64,000 bases of DNA, from positions 1,376,001 to 1,440,000 of the forward strand of contig OY970194.1 in assembly GCA_963708075.1 (NCBI GenBank), read 5' to 3'. This DNA is from Sedimentisphaerales bacterium. Lineage in GTDB: Bacteria; Planctomycetota; Phycisphaerae; Sedimentisphaerales; Anaerobacaceae. Shown here in pieces: positions 17,652 to 28,541 of this stretch (positions within the stretch are counted from its first letter, which is position 1; each line of letters opens with the position of its first letter). The position numbers and the translations under genes are program-made. The notes under the pieces were generated by a model, which worked only from the letters and a program-made list of their open reading frames with translations, was not told the DNA's origin and ran no database searches.

Positions 17652-18852
17652 GGTCATCGAGCATCTGCAGCGGCATGACTTCCAGGCGTTGCTGGCGGGC
17701 GGCTGCGTGCGGGATATGCTGCTCGGCCGGCCGGCGAAGGACTACGATGTAGCGACCGACGCCCGGCCGGACGACGTGATGCGGCTGTTCCGCCGGACCT
17801 TGAAAGTTGGCGCGAAGTTCGGAGTCGTCATCGTGCTGACCCAGGGCCGGCAGGTGGAGGTGGCGACGTTCCGCTCCGAGGCCGGCTACGAGGACGGCCG
17901 ACATCCCACCGAGGTCCGATTCACCAGCGCCGCCGAGGACGCCAGCCGGCGCGACTTCACGATCAACGGCATGTTCTTCGACCCGCTCAAGGAACAAGTC
18001 ATCGACTACGTAGGCGGGCAGGCCGACCTTCAGAAAAGCATCATTCGGACCATCGGCGACCCGGACGAGCGATTCGGCGAGGACTACCTGCGGATGCTCC
18101 GCGCCGTGCGATTCTCCACGCGGTTGGGTTTCCCCATCGAGCCGCAGACGTATGCGGCCATCAGTCGCAACGCCCCGAAGATCGTCCGCATCAGTGGCGA
18201 GCGGATCGCCGCCGAGCTGGAGGGAATCCTGGTTCATCCGAACCGCGCCGTCGGCGCATCGATGCTCATAGAGACAGGACTGGCAGAGGCGATTTTCCCC
18301 GGCTTTGCCGGAGATCGCGCCACGCGAGGCGCCGCCGTGCTTGCCCAACTGCGAAAGAAGGTGGACTTCCCGCTGGCTCTGGCCGCGCTCTTCGCCGATT
18401 TCCCGACCGATCTTGTGTTGGAGAGAACCGAAGTCCTGAAGCTGAGCAGGAACCAGATCAAGCATATGAAGTTCCTGCTCGCCCGTCGCAGCCGACTGCT
18501 GGAGTGGGATATGTCCCTCGCCCGGCTGAAAAAGCTGCTGGCCGAGCCGCACTTCTCGGACCTCTACGCGCTGGAGCGTGCGATCCAGAAGGCCACGGTC
18601 GGCAATCAGGGCGTGGCCCCGCTGATCAACCTGCGAAGGAGGATCAGGGACCTCGGCGGCATCGAGGTCAAGCCCAAGCCGCTGCTGGACGGTCACGACC
18701 TCATGCATCTCGGCGCTGTCCCCGGCCCGCTACTGGGCCAACTGGTCGAGGAACTCTACGTGGCGCAACTGGAAGGAGAGGTCCGAACCCGGGAGCAAGC
18801 CCAGCAATGGGCCCAACACTGGCTCCAGCGGCATCGCCCAGTGGAACACTAG
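17626..18852 (+). CDS. cca: CCA tRNA nucleotidyltransferase / poly(A) polymerase family
   Basis: AGGCVRD, DYDVAT, RRDFTING, EDYLRMLRAVRF, ISGERI. Confidence 0.9.
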   Translation: MSNRQAAIEVIEHLQRHDFQALLAGGCVRDMLLGRPAKDYDVATDARPDDVMRLFRRTLKVGAKFGVVIVLTQGRQVEVATFRSEAGYEDGRHPTEVRFTSAAEDASRRDFTINGMFFDPLKEQVIDYVGGQADLQKSIIRTIGDPDERFGEDYLRMLRAVRFSTRLGFPIEPQTYAAISRNAPKIVRISGERIAAELEGILVHPNRAVGASMLIETGLAEAIFPGFAGDRATRGAAVLAQLRKKVDFPLALAALFADFPTDLVLERTEVLKLSRNQIKHMKFLLARRSRLLEWDMSLARLKKLLAEPHFSDLYALERAIQKATVGNQGVAPLINLRRRIRDLGGIEVKPKPLLDGHDLMHLGAVPGPLLGQLVEELYVAQLEGEVRTREQAQQWAQHWLQRHRPVEH

Positions 18853-18865
18853 GGTACCTGGACTA

Positions 18866-19141
18866 AGAGACTATCTCGAAAGGGTGAACGTCATTGCGAG
18901 TCGCTCCGCCGCTTCGCGGCTGGTGTCGGGAAGAAACCGGATGGTTTGGGTGCCATGCTTACGCTCGCGTAAGCATGCCTTGCCCATCGAGTGGAGCATG
19001 TCTATGCAAGCGTAGACATGGCACCCGGCCAGTTAGTTTCTTAGGAGGAGCGCGGCGACGAAGCAATCTCAACCCTGGGGATGGGAGATTGCTTCGCTAG
19101 GCTCGCAATGACAAGCCAGAGTCGGCTTTGAGATAGTCTCT
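18866..19141. repeat. Nested composite of several inverted-repeat families
   Basis: AGAGACTATCTC/GAGATAGTCTCT enclosing GTCATTGCGAG/CTCGCAATGAC enclosing GGGTGCCATG/CATGGCACCC. Confidence 0.85.
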
Positions 19142-19262
19142 GAGGCGGCCCGGAAGTCTCGCGCACTGTTGAATCCGTTGACCCATTCCGGTATAATAAA
19201 GGTGTGGTCGGACCGCGTCTGCGAGTGTGCGGCGGCCGAGGATCTTTTCGTGAGCAGAAGGG

Positions 19263-22230
19263 GTGGTGACTGTGCATCGCAGAATGCTTTTCCTTGTAGC
19301 CTCGCTTTTCATGGCGGGCGTCGTGACCGCTCAGGATGAAGAGCCGCAGGCGCCTTGGAAGAACCAGATCAGCTTGCCGGACGAGCCGTTTCAAAGCTGG
19401 ACCTCCCCGGCGTTCATCAAGTTCACCATCATTACGAAGGAAGGCTACGATCCGAACCTCGTCTACTTCCAGAATTCCGGACAGTATGAGTACCACTTCG
19501 ATTTTGCGCTCGAGCATCTCACGCCGTTCATCGGTATGACGATTGAGGAATTCGATGGCGTCACTTTGCATGCGGCGGGTCAGCAGGCGGTGCTTGGGGC
19601 TGTGATTCTCCCGCCGTGGCATGATCCGCCGTTCAACGAGTACGGAATTCAACTGGTCAGGAACGATCCGTACACGCGGGAAGAGGTCGTGAGGCTGTTC
19701 AACGTGGTGAAGAGCTGCATCGCGGCCGACCCGAATGTCATGGCCTATTATTTCGCGACCTATGAGCAGTACCCCGTGGCCCAGCAGAACCGAGAGTGGT
19801 TTGAGAGCCAGGGCATGCGGATCGGCTCCACGGGTCAGTGGGCCGAAGGCAACGCAAGCTACTCACCGGGATGGGCCCTCGGCAGGCTCAAGTTCGTTCA
19901 CGGCACCGAAATACAGGCAGCGTACACCGCGCGGGAGTTGTTGCCCGGCGACATTCTGCTGACCGATGGCGTGCCGGCGGAGATTCCCTCCGTGGCAGGG
20001 ATCATCACACTGATGCCCTCGACACCCAATTCGCACGTGGCCATCCTCTCCCGTTCGCAGGGCGTACCGTTCGTGCATCTGGCCGTGGAATCCGATGCCG
20101 CTCGTGCACAGGCGCTCGCCGGCCGCAGCGTGTACCTGGCCGTCATGGAGAGTTTCGGCCAATCCTCCGAGGTCAAGCTGCTCGACGTGGAATTCCTCAG
20201 CGAATCGGAGAAGGCATCGCTGTTGTCGTTGAAGGACGCGGGCCCCATCGTTATACAGCCGATGAAACACCGCGGCGCCTTTTGGGGCGACACGAATGAT
20301 CTGCAACCGGCGGATATCTGTTACTTCGGAGGCAAGGCGGCGAATTTCGGCGTGTTGCGCCGCGCGATTCCGAACGATTCACCACGGGCCATGGCCTTTT
20401 CTTTTGACTTGTGGAACGCCTTCCTGGATCAGCAGGTGAACGGTGCATCGCTACGAGAACCAGCTCGCCAGTCGCTTGTCAAAATACGCGACGTATCCGC
20501 CCTCGGATCTGGAGGGCCTCATCGACGAGCTTGCGGCCATTCGGGATATGTTCACGGACACTCAGGTGACCGCATTCGGACCCGAACTGGAGTCAGCCGT
20601 GGTGGATGCCCTCCGATCGTCTGGATTCGACGCGACGAAGCCGATCCGTTTTCGCAGCTCCACAAACGTGGAGGACAGCGAACAGTTCACGGGCGCGGGG
20701 CTTTACGACAGCTACAGCGGCTGCCTGGCCGACGATCTGGACAGCGACAGCACGGGGCCTTGTGCCTGCGATCCATCCGAGGCCAAGGAACGCGGTGTGT
20801 TCCGGGCGATCCGCAAGGTGTTCGCCAGCTTCTACAACGACAATGCCTTTCTGGAACGGCTCAAGCACGGCGTGGATGAGTCACAGGTCGGCATGGCCCT
20901 GCTTGTACACCATTCCTATCCAGACGAGATCGAACTGGCCAATGGCGTCGCGACTCTGGAACGCAGCCGGGGTTCGGACTGGACTGCGAATATCGTGAGT
21001 CAGAAGGGGGCGGTCTCGGTGACCAACCCTCCCATGGACGCCGTGCCGGAGGAGGTGACCATCACGACAGGGTTCAACGGCCCCAACCCGTGGCTCGTAC
21101 GCCGTTCCAGCCTCGTGCCTCTGCGCGAGAATACCGTCATGGAGTGGGACGGCGAGTACATCGAGCTCTACAAGCTGCTCGTCGCGACCGGTGACCAGTA
21201 CTGCAAGATGACTCAAAAGGAGGATCTCGTCCTCGACTTTGAGTTCAAGAAGTCCGCCCCCGAGGGCAAGCTTGAGATCAAGCAGATTCGGGAGATTCCA
21301 AAGGCTGGCGGCACTGGGTACTCGACGCCGTTCCTGCTCGGTGAGTCTCAGGCGTACTGCACATTGCAGGGCCGCGGCGGTAATGTCTTTGCCAACCACC
21401 GTCTCAAGTCACGATGGACCATCCGGCCGAGAACTCAATGGCTCACTGAAGAGAGCCTGAAGAATTGTATCTACGGCGAGGTGACAATCGAGTATGCCGC
21501 CGAGGGGGCAATCCGGCAGGTCACCGGCGAGTTGCCGTCGCTGTCCGACGCATCACATGTGTATGAGGCCCCCAAGGGAGACTGGGATCGGTACAGTCTG
21601 CTGGACCTCTGGCGTTTCCCCGACCTGTGCAATCGGCGAGCGTACCGGCTGCGAACCACGCCGCTGTTCCAGGCCATCGTGCCCGACCCGGTCGTGACCA
21701 CGAGCGAGCTGCGGCTGGGGATGGAGGTCGATTACGGCAGCCCCGTGCTTGTCAATACGGACTCGAATATGACGACGACAGATGTGGTGCCACTGTACAG
21801 GCCGTGGGAGCCGGCCAGCCACGAGGTCCCGGAGGAATGCTCCTTCCAAGATCCCAATGTCGGGGTATCCATCACCACCCGCTTCTATGTCCACTGGGGC
21901 TGGGGGTGGAATGCGCCAGTCTCGGTCCAGTTCCAGCAGACGCGGATCGAAGGATTGACGAGCGAGCCTATCGTCCTGACCGGCTACTTCTCGCAGTCCG
22001 TCGGCGGCGGGTCGCACCTGTGCCCGAAGAACTTCCTTTTCGAGCCTGCCCTGGAGCCGGGACTCTCGCCGCAGAGTCTCGACGAGCTGAAGGCCCAGGA
22101 CATCCGCCTGATCTACTACACGACCGGCGCCCGCGAATGTCGCCCGACCGAGTGGCAAGACACGCCGCCATCCATACGCCTCTACGGCTTCGACGAGCCC
22201 GTTGACGGCCCCCTCTGCCGCAGTCAATGA
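19263..22230 (+). CDS. Exported PEP-synthase/PPDK-like protein (His domain + ATP-grasp), frameshifted near 20455-20460
   Basis: Signal peptide; TPNSHVAILSRSQGVP; FGGKAANF, RFRSSTNVED, FTGAGLYDS, DFEFK, IKQIR; promoter TTGAAT-17-TATAAT at 19169-19197. Confidence 0.8.
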
Positions 22231-22303
22231 TAGAGTGGTGGGGGCCACAGGATGCTCATTTCGGCCTACACGCCGCCTTGTGGCAGACCACACACTATGT
22301 TCA

Positions 22304-22349
22304 GGGTGGCAGCGGCAAGCTCCGCGGGCTGCGCTTGCCGCTGCCACCC
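22304..22349. repeat. GGGTGGCAGCGGCAAG family copy 4, short single hairpin
   Basis: 17-bp perfect stem GGGTGGCAGCGGCAAGC/GCTTGCCGCTGCCACCC. Confidence 0.85.
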
Positions 22350-22452
22350 GACATATGAAACGCTGGCTGCTTCCCCGTCCTGACGTTATCATGCACCTGC
22401 CGGCGCGTGGGGTGTTCCGCCGACAAAGGTATGTCTTGGGTGAACAAAGGAG

Positions 22453-23850
22453 ATGCCTGTGATGCGAATGGTCCGTGTGGTCTCGCCTCTGGTGATTGTT
22501 GTGCTGTTCTCCCTTGGGGCTGCGGCACAGACGACTCCGCAGCCATCAGCGCCGCAAGTGGATCGCTTCCTCGTAGGCGCGTGCACGCATTTCAGCCAGG
22601 GCAAGGGCGTCCTCGCGCTCAATCTGGCGAGCCTTCAGCATGCGGGAATCAAGTCGATTCGCGACGAGGTGCCCTGGGGCGCGATCGAGCGTGAGAAGGG
22701 CAAGCTCGTCATGCCGGAGCGATTCGATACGTACGTTCGCCGAGCCGCCGATGCGGGCGTGGACGTTCTGCTCATATTGGATTATTCGAATCGCCATTAT
22801 GATGACGGGGACCGGCCCCGCTCGCCGGAGGCCATCGAGGGGTTCTGCAGGTACGCCGAGTTCGTCGTTAAGCATTTTGGCGAGCACGTGCGTTTGTACG
22901 AGATCTGGAATGAGTGGGACATCGGCATCGGCCTGCCTCAACAGTACAACAGGGGCGGTTCGGCGGAGGACTACTTCAAATTGCTCAAGGCCGTCTATCC
23001 GAGGATCAAGGCCGCTGACCCAGGCGTGACAGTCATTGCGGGGGCATCCACCAGCGGCGCAGTCAGGAAGGGCTGGCTGGAGGACATCGTCAAGCTCGGG
23101 GCGCTCGATTCCTGTGACGCGATCTCCATCCACAGCTACAACTACAGCGACAAATTCCCGGAGCGCGGGCCTGAGGCCTGCTCGACGTGGATGACCGGCG
23201 TGCAGGAGATGCTCCGCAAATACCACGACGGCAAGGATGTGCCGTTCTACGTCACGGAGATGGGCTGGCCGACGCATGTCACCAAGCATGGCACGGACGC
23301 AGAGCTTGCGGCGTCATACCTGGCGAGGCTATACCTGCTGGCTCGGACGTCGCCATCCTTCAAAGGCCTGTGGTGGTACGACTTTCAGGACGACGGCTGG
23401 AACCCGCAGTACAACGAGGACAACTTCGGCCTTGTGCGTCCCGACCTGACGCCCAAGCCCGCGTATCACGTCCTGGCGCATATCTCGCCATTCATCCGGC
23501 AAGGGCAGTACGTGGATCGCGTGACCACGGCGGATAGCAACCTCTGGGTCCTGCGATTCAAGATGGACGGCGACGATGCCTGGGTCCTGTGGTCCGCGGA
23601 CGATCAGGACCGCCAGGTGATCCTGCAGACGGAGACCCCGGCCAAACCGCTGATGATCCGCGAGGCGGGGCACGATGCCTGCCTGACGGAATGGGGCTAT
23701 CGCGACTGGGCAGGCAGGGCCGGCGAGCCGGTCTCGAATCGCATCTCAATAGTCGTCGGGAATCGGCCCGTTCTTCTCGGTACCGACCTCGCGGGCGTCT
23801 CGGTCGCTGAGGTCATTCCCAGATTGCGCCAAGCCGCGGAGACAAAGTGA
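22453..23850 (+). CDS. Secreted clan GH-A glycoside hydrolase (GH39/GH5-like)
   Basis: Signal peptide; YEIWNEWD (acid/base), ISIHSY, VTEMGWP (nucleophile), NFGLV...PKPAY. Confidence 0.85.
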   Translation: MPVMRMVRVVSPLVIVVLFSLGAAAQTTPQPSAPQVDRFLVGACTHFSQGKGVLALNLASLQHAGIKSIRDEVPWGAIEREKGKLVMPERFDTYVRRAADAGVDVLLILDYSNRHYDDGDRPRSPEAIEGFCRYAEFVVKHFGEHVRLYEIWNEWDIGIGLPQQYNRGGSAEDYFKLLKAVYPRIKAADPGVTVIAGASTSGAVRKGWLEDIVKLGALDSCDAISIHSYNYSDKFPERGPEACSTWMTGVQEMLRKYHDGKDVPFYVTEMGWPTHVTKHGTDAELAASYLARLYLLARTSPSFKGLWWYDFQDDGWNPQYNEDNFGLVRPDLTPKPAYHVLAHISPFIRQGQYVDRVTTADSNLWVLRFKMDGDDAWVLWSADDQDRQVILQTETPAKPLMIREAGHDACLTEWGYRDWAGRAGEPVSNRISIVVGNRPVLLGTDLAGVSVAEVIPRLRQAAETK

Positions 23851-23873
23851 CATTGTGCCGGATGCAGGTTGTT

Positions 23874-23942
23874 GGTGTGCGGTGCACACCCTACATGGCG
23901 CCGACACGCCGGACGATATCTGTAGGGTGTGCATCGCACACC
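23874..23942. repeat. Inverted pair of GTAG-type REPs
   Basis: GGTGTGCGGTGCACACCCTAC (reverse) and GTAGGGTGTGCATCGCACACC. Confidence 0.85.
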
Positions 23943-23977
23943 TTCACCAGCTTCAGTTGTCAGCATGAGGACAGGAT

Positions 23978-25956
23978 ATGAAAGTACGAAGCGGTCTTAT
24001 CTCGATCTTGTTCATGACGGCGGCTCTCCAGGGCGCGACAGCGCCTCAGGAGAAGCGGTTCAAGCTTGGCGAGTTGTACCCGCAGGAGAAGGTGGCGAAA
24101 GCGCTCGTCCCTCGCGAGCAGTGGCGTCCGTGGCCGAAATGGAGCGAGCGCAAAGCGTGGGAGAACTTGCCCGAGCCGGTGCGCAAGGACCTGATCGCTA
24201 ATGGCGAGAAATATCTCCGCTATGCCTGGCCCGACCTGCCTGCCACGCTCTTTCTTGAATATGCACGAGAAGGCAACCGGAGCCGATACGAGCACGAGCA
24301 TTTTGCGCGGCGCACCGCCCTGACCAATTTGATCGTGGCGGAGTGCGTCGAAGGCAAGGGCCGCTTCCTCGACGATATCGCCAACGGCGTCTGGGCGATT
24401 TGCGAGGAGTCGTTCTGGGGCGTGCCCGCCCACGTCGGGCGCAGAAGTCCGGGTCGGGCCTGCCCGATCCCGCGGAGCCTGTGGTCGATCTGTTCGCCGC
24501 AGAGACGGGGGAGAGTCTGGCATGGACCTGCTATCTGCTGGGTGAGCAACTGGACCGCGTTTCGCCGATGATCCGCAAACGCATCGGCCACGAGATTGAC
24601 CGGCGGATTCTGACGCCATGCCTCGAACGCGACGACTTCGGCTGGATGGGCTTTTCCGGCGGCCGCGTCAATAACTGGAATCCATGGTGCAACTCGAATT
24701 GGCTCGCGTGCGCACTGCTGGTCGAGCCCGACGAGGATCGCCGTATCGCGGCGGTTGCCAAGATCGTGCGGAGCCTGGACCACTTCTTCGATGCCTACGA
24801 CGATGACGGCGGCTGTGATGAGGGCCCCGGCTACTGGAGCCGGGCCGGCGGATCGCTGTTCGATTGCCTCGAACTGCTCCGCAGTGCCACGAACGGGGCC
24901 ATCGACGTGTACGACCGGCCGCTGGTCAAGGAGATAGGCCGCTATATCTGTCGCGTGCACATTGCGGACGACTACTTTGTCAATTTCGCCGATGCGTCCG
25001 CGAAGGCAAGTCCTGCGGGCGAGCTCGTTCACCGCTACGGCAGGCGGATTGGCGATGAACGTCTGGCCGCGTTTGGCGCCTACTTCTTTGCCAAACAGCG
25101 GGGTGAGGGCTCGGGCTTCTCGGACGGGGGCGGATACACGGTGGGCCGGTACTTGCCCGAGATCTTCAACGCGGCCGAGGTCGGGGCGGCCCAGGCGAAA
25201 CCCGCGTTGGTCCGCGATGTCTGGCTCGACGGTATCCAGGTGATGACCGCCCGGTGCAAGGAAGGGACTGTCGATGGTTTCTTCGTCGCCGCCAAGGGCG
25301 GACACAATGCCGAGAGCCACAACCACAACGATGTCGGCAGCTTCATTGTCTATCGCGACGGCCGGCCCATCTTCATCGATGTCGGCGTCGAGACCTACAG
25401 CCGCAAGACCTTCAGCTCCCGGCGATACGAGATCTGGACGATGCAATCCGCCTATCACAACCTGCCGACGATCAACGGCGTCATGCAAAGCCCCGGCCGA
25501 GAGTTTGCCGCCAGAGATGTCAGCTATGAGGCCGACGACGACCATGCCCAGCTTCGCCTCGACCTTGCCGGCACATATCCCAAACAGGCTAGCCTCAAGT
25601 CCTGGGTGCGCACGGTGCGCCTCAATCGCGGAAAAGACATTGCCATCACCGAGAATTACGCGCTCGAACAGCCGGCGGGCGAAATCACGCTGAGCCTGAT
25701 CACGCCCTGCAAGGTCGAAGTGCAAAAGCAGGGCCGATTGCTTCTGGAGACGGCGGATACAAACGAACCTCGTGTGGCCGTACGAGTACTGTACGATGAG
25801 GCCAGGTTCAAGGCAGCCGTGGAAACGATCCAGGTTGAAGATGGCAGGCTCCGCGCCGCCTGGCCCGGGCAGATGACTCGGATCCTCCTGAAGGCCGAGA
25901 AGCCCGCGTTGCAGGACACCTGGACGCTGCAAATCGAACCGGCAAAAGCTGATTGA
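23978..25956 (+). CDS. Secreted heparinase II/III-like protein, frameshifted near 24438
   Basis: ICEESFWGVPAH, VDLFAAETG, NNWNPW, CDEGPGYW, KGGHNAESHNHNDVG; one added G in GTCGGG joins the ORFs. Confidence 0.85.
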
Positions 25957-27149
25957 TGAAATTCATGGCACAGCCGTTTACACTTTTGATTAAGCCCTCG
26001 GGTTCCGACTGCAACGTCGATTGTACCTATTGCTTCTACAAGTGTCGGGCGCCGCAGGTCGGCACGGGCCGACAGCGCATGACTGGCGAGGTGCTCGAAA
26101 AGCTTGTCAAGGACTACATGGGCCTGCGATTCCAATTGTCGGGCTTCGCTTGGCAGGGGGGCGAACCGACGCTGATGGGCCTGGATTTCTACAAGCGGGC
26201 GGCCGAGCTTCAGACCAAGTACGGCGTCACCGGCCAGGAGGTCGGCAATTCGCTACAGACCAACGCGATTCTCCTGAACGACGCTGACTGGTGCAAATTC
26301 CTGCACGAGCGCAAGTTCCTCGTCGGTATCAGCATCGACGGACCCAGGGAGCTGCACGATCATTACCGGCTCGATCTCGGCGGCCACGGCACGTGGGACC
26401 GCGTCATGCGGGCCATCGATCGCTGCAAAGAGCATAAGGTCGAGTTCAACACGCTTACGCTCGTCAACCATCTCACCGCCGACCATGCGGACGAGGTCTT
26501 CGACTTCCTGATCGAGCTGGGCGTCCGATACTTGCAGTTCATTCCGTGCGTGGAGGTAGACCCGCAGACCGGCGGGATCGCGGAGTTCTCCGTCTCGCCG
26601 AAGCAGTATGGCGATTTCATGTGCCGGGTTTTCGACCGATGGACGGCGTTCGGGCCGCAGAGGCTCAGCATCCGCGACTTCGACTCTATTCTCAGCTATT
26701 GCATCGGCGGCCATCACACGCTCTGCACGTTCGACAGGCAGTGCAGCCAGTACATCGTAATCGAGCACACGGGTGATGTGTTTCCGTGTGACTTCTTCGT
26801 CGATCCGGCGTGGCGCTTGGGCAATATCCTCGAAACGCCCATCGAGCAGCTCGCCGCCTGTGAGCAGAAGAGAGCCTTCGCCCGCAAGAAGCAGAGCATC
26901 ACCAACAAGTGCCTCACCTGTCGGCACCTGGCCCTCTGTCGCGGCGGATGCATGAAAGATCGGGTGCCACATGTGGCCCAGCCGCCCTCGGCTGGGGAAC
27001 CCATGGGACCACCCCCGGGGGCGGGGGTGCCACACAGCTATTTCTGCGAGAGCTATCGCCAATTCTTCGATTATGCCTTGCCGCGATTCATGCAGATCGC
27101 CGCACAAATCCGCACCGGCGCCCTTGTCAGACCCCGGCAATTGACCTAA
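25953..27149 (+). CDS. Anaerobic sulfatase maturase (radical SAM/SPASM)
   Basis: LIKPSGSDCNVDCTYCFY, WQGGEP, SIDGP, GDVFPCDF, CLTCRHLALCRGGC. Confidence 0.93.
   Translation: MMKFMAQPFTLLIKPSGSDCNVDCTYCFYKCRAPQVGTGRQRMTGEVLEKLVKDYMGLRFQLSGFAWQGGEPTLMGLDFYKRAAELQTKYGVTGQEVGNSLQTNAILLNDADWCKFLHERKFLVGISIDGPRELHDHYRLDLGGHGTWDRVMRAIDRCKEHKVEFNTLTLVNHLTADHADEVFDFLIELGVRYLQFIPCVEVDPQTGGIAEFSVSPKQYGDFMCRVFDRWTAFGPQRLSIRDFDSILSYCIGGHHTLCTFDRQCSQYIVIEHTGDVFPCDFFVDPAWRLGNILETPIEQLAACEQKRAFARKKQSITNKCLTCRHLALCRGGCMKDRVPHVAQPPSAGEPMGPPPGAGVPHSYFCESYRQFFDYALPRFMQIAAQIRTGALVRPRQLT
26972..27034. repeat. In-frame intragenic palindromic element, copy A
   Basis: TGTGGCCCAGCCGCCCTCGGCTGGGG...CACCCCCGGGGGCGGGGGTGCCACA; homolog at 41506-41559. 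Confidence 0.85.
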
Positions 27150-27165
27150 CATTGATGCACTATGT

Positions 27166-27251
27166 TTGATTGTTGATGGTTGATTGTTGATTTGACGAGA
27201 TGATCCGCGCTGCTTGCCAAATCATAAATCAAAGATCAAAAATCATAAATC
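27166..27251. repeat. Inverted arrays of 7-nt tandem repeats
   Basis: TTGATTG-like x4, spacer, AAATCAT/AAATCAA-like x5. Confidence 0.75.
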
Positions 27252-27269
27252 GTTGAAAGGAGCGCGAAT

Positions 27270-28223
27270 ATGGCGCAGGTGGATCGCAGGACATTTGTGG
27301 CGGGTTCTGTGGCGGCGTTGGCGGGACTGAGCGGAACAGACCGTGCGGCGGAGAAATCGCCGGGAGCCGGAGCGAGTGGCACGGGCGCGCGTCGCGGCAA
27401 TCCCATCGCGGTCTCCACGTACTCCTTCTGGCGATTCAAGGAAGGACTCAAGATGCCCATCGAGACGTGCATCGATGAGGCCGCTCGCATGGGCTTCGAT
27501 GGCGTGGATATCCTGCTCATGCAGATGGAGAACGAGGACAACGCCTACCTGCAAAAGCTCAAGCGTCATGCCCTGATCAACGGCCTGGACCTGTGCTGCA
27601 TGTCCACGCACCAGAGCTTCGTCTCGCCGGACGCGGCCAAGCGACAGGAGAACATCGACAAGACGATCAAGCAGATCGAGACCGCCTACCGGCTCGGCAT
27701 CCCGATCATCCGCATTAACACGGGCCGCTGGGGCACGACGAAGACGTTCGATGACCTCATGGCCAATCGCGGCATCGAGCCGGTCCTGCCGGGCTATACG
27801 GAAGAAGACGGCTTCAAGTGGGTCGTTGACAGCATCGGCAAGTGCCTGCCCAAGGCCGAAGAGTGCGGCGTGATCCTCGGCCTGGAGAATCACTGGGGCC
27901 TGGCGCGGACGCCGGAAGGCCTGCTGCGAATCGTCAACACCATTGACTCTCCCTGGCTGCGCGTCCTGCTCGACACAGGCAATTTCCTGGAGGACCCCTA
28001 TCAAAAGCTCGAACAGTGCGCCCCACAGACGGTCCTTGTCCAAGCCAAGACCTACTACGGCGGCGGCCTCTGGTACAGTCTCGACCTCGACTACAACCGC
28101 ATCGCCGCAATTATGAAGAAACACAACTTCCGTGGTTACGTCTCCCTCGAATTCGAAGGCAACGAGGACTACAAAACCGCCATCCCCAAGAGCCTCGCCG
28201 TCCTGCGCAAAGCCTTCAGTTGA
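27270..28223 (+). CDS. Tat-exported sugar phosphate isomerase/epimerase (xylose isomerase-like TIM barrel)
   Basis: DRRTFV twin-arginine signal; LENHWG, LDTGNF, SLEFEG. Confidence 0.88.
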   Translation: MAQVDRRTFVAGSVAALAGLSGTDRAAEKSPGAGASGTGARRGNPIAVSTYSFWRFKEGLKMPIETCIDEAARMGFDGVDILLMQMENEDNAYLQKLKRHALINGLDLCCMSTHQSFVSPDAAKRQENIDKTIKQIETAYRLGIPIIRINTGRWGTTKTFDDLMANRGIEPVLPGYTEEDGFKWVVDSIGKCLPKAEECGVILGLENHWGLARTPEGLLRIVNTIDSPWLRVLLDTGNFLEDPYQKLEQCAPQTVLVQAKTYYGGGLWYSLDLDYNRIAAIMKKHNFRGYVSLEFEGNEDYKTAIPKSLAVLRKAFS

Positions 28224-28541
28224 GCGTAGTGCTCCGACGACGCGAATCCGGCTGCCACCCGGCACGGCGTCCTGAAATCTGCACAGACACTTCCCGACAG
28301 ATTCTCCGCGAAAACGCTTGCACAGTCCCGGCCGGCGGTGGTAGAATACATTCAGACGAGAAACCGGATACCGAAGGCGGGCCGGGAACCGATCGTATTC
28401 CGAGCCGTCATCATATTCTCGTGTCACTTTCATACGCCGCCCACCTTCGCGATCCACCGGATAGCAGTGTGGTGGTCACGCGGGAATCACAGCAGCAACG
28501 CGCGCATGGCATTACTCATCGTGTATTGAAGGAGGCGGAAC

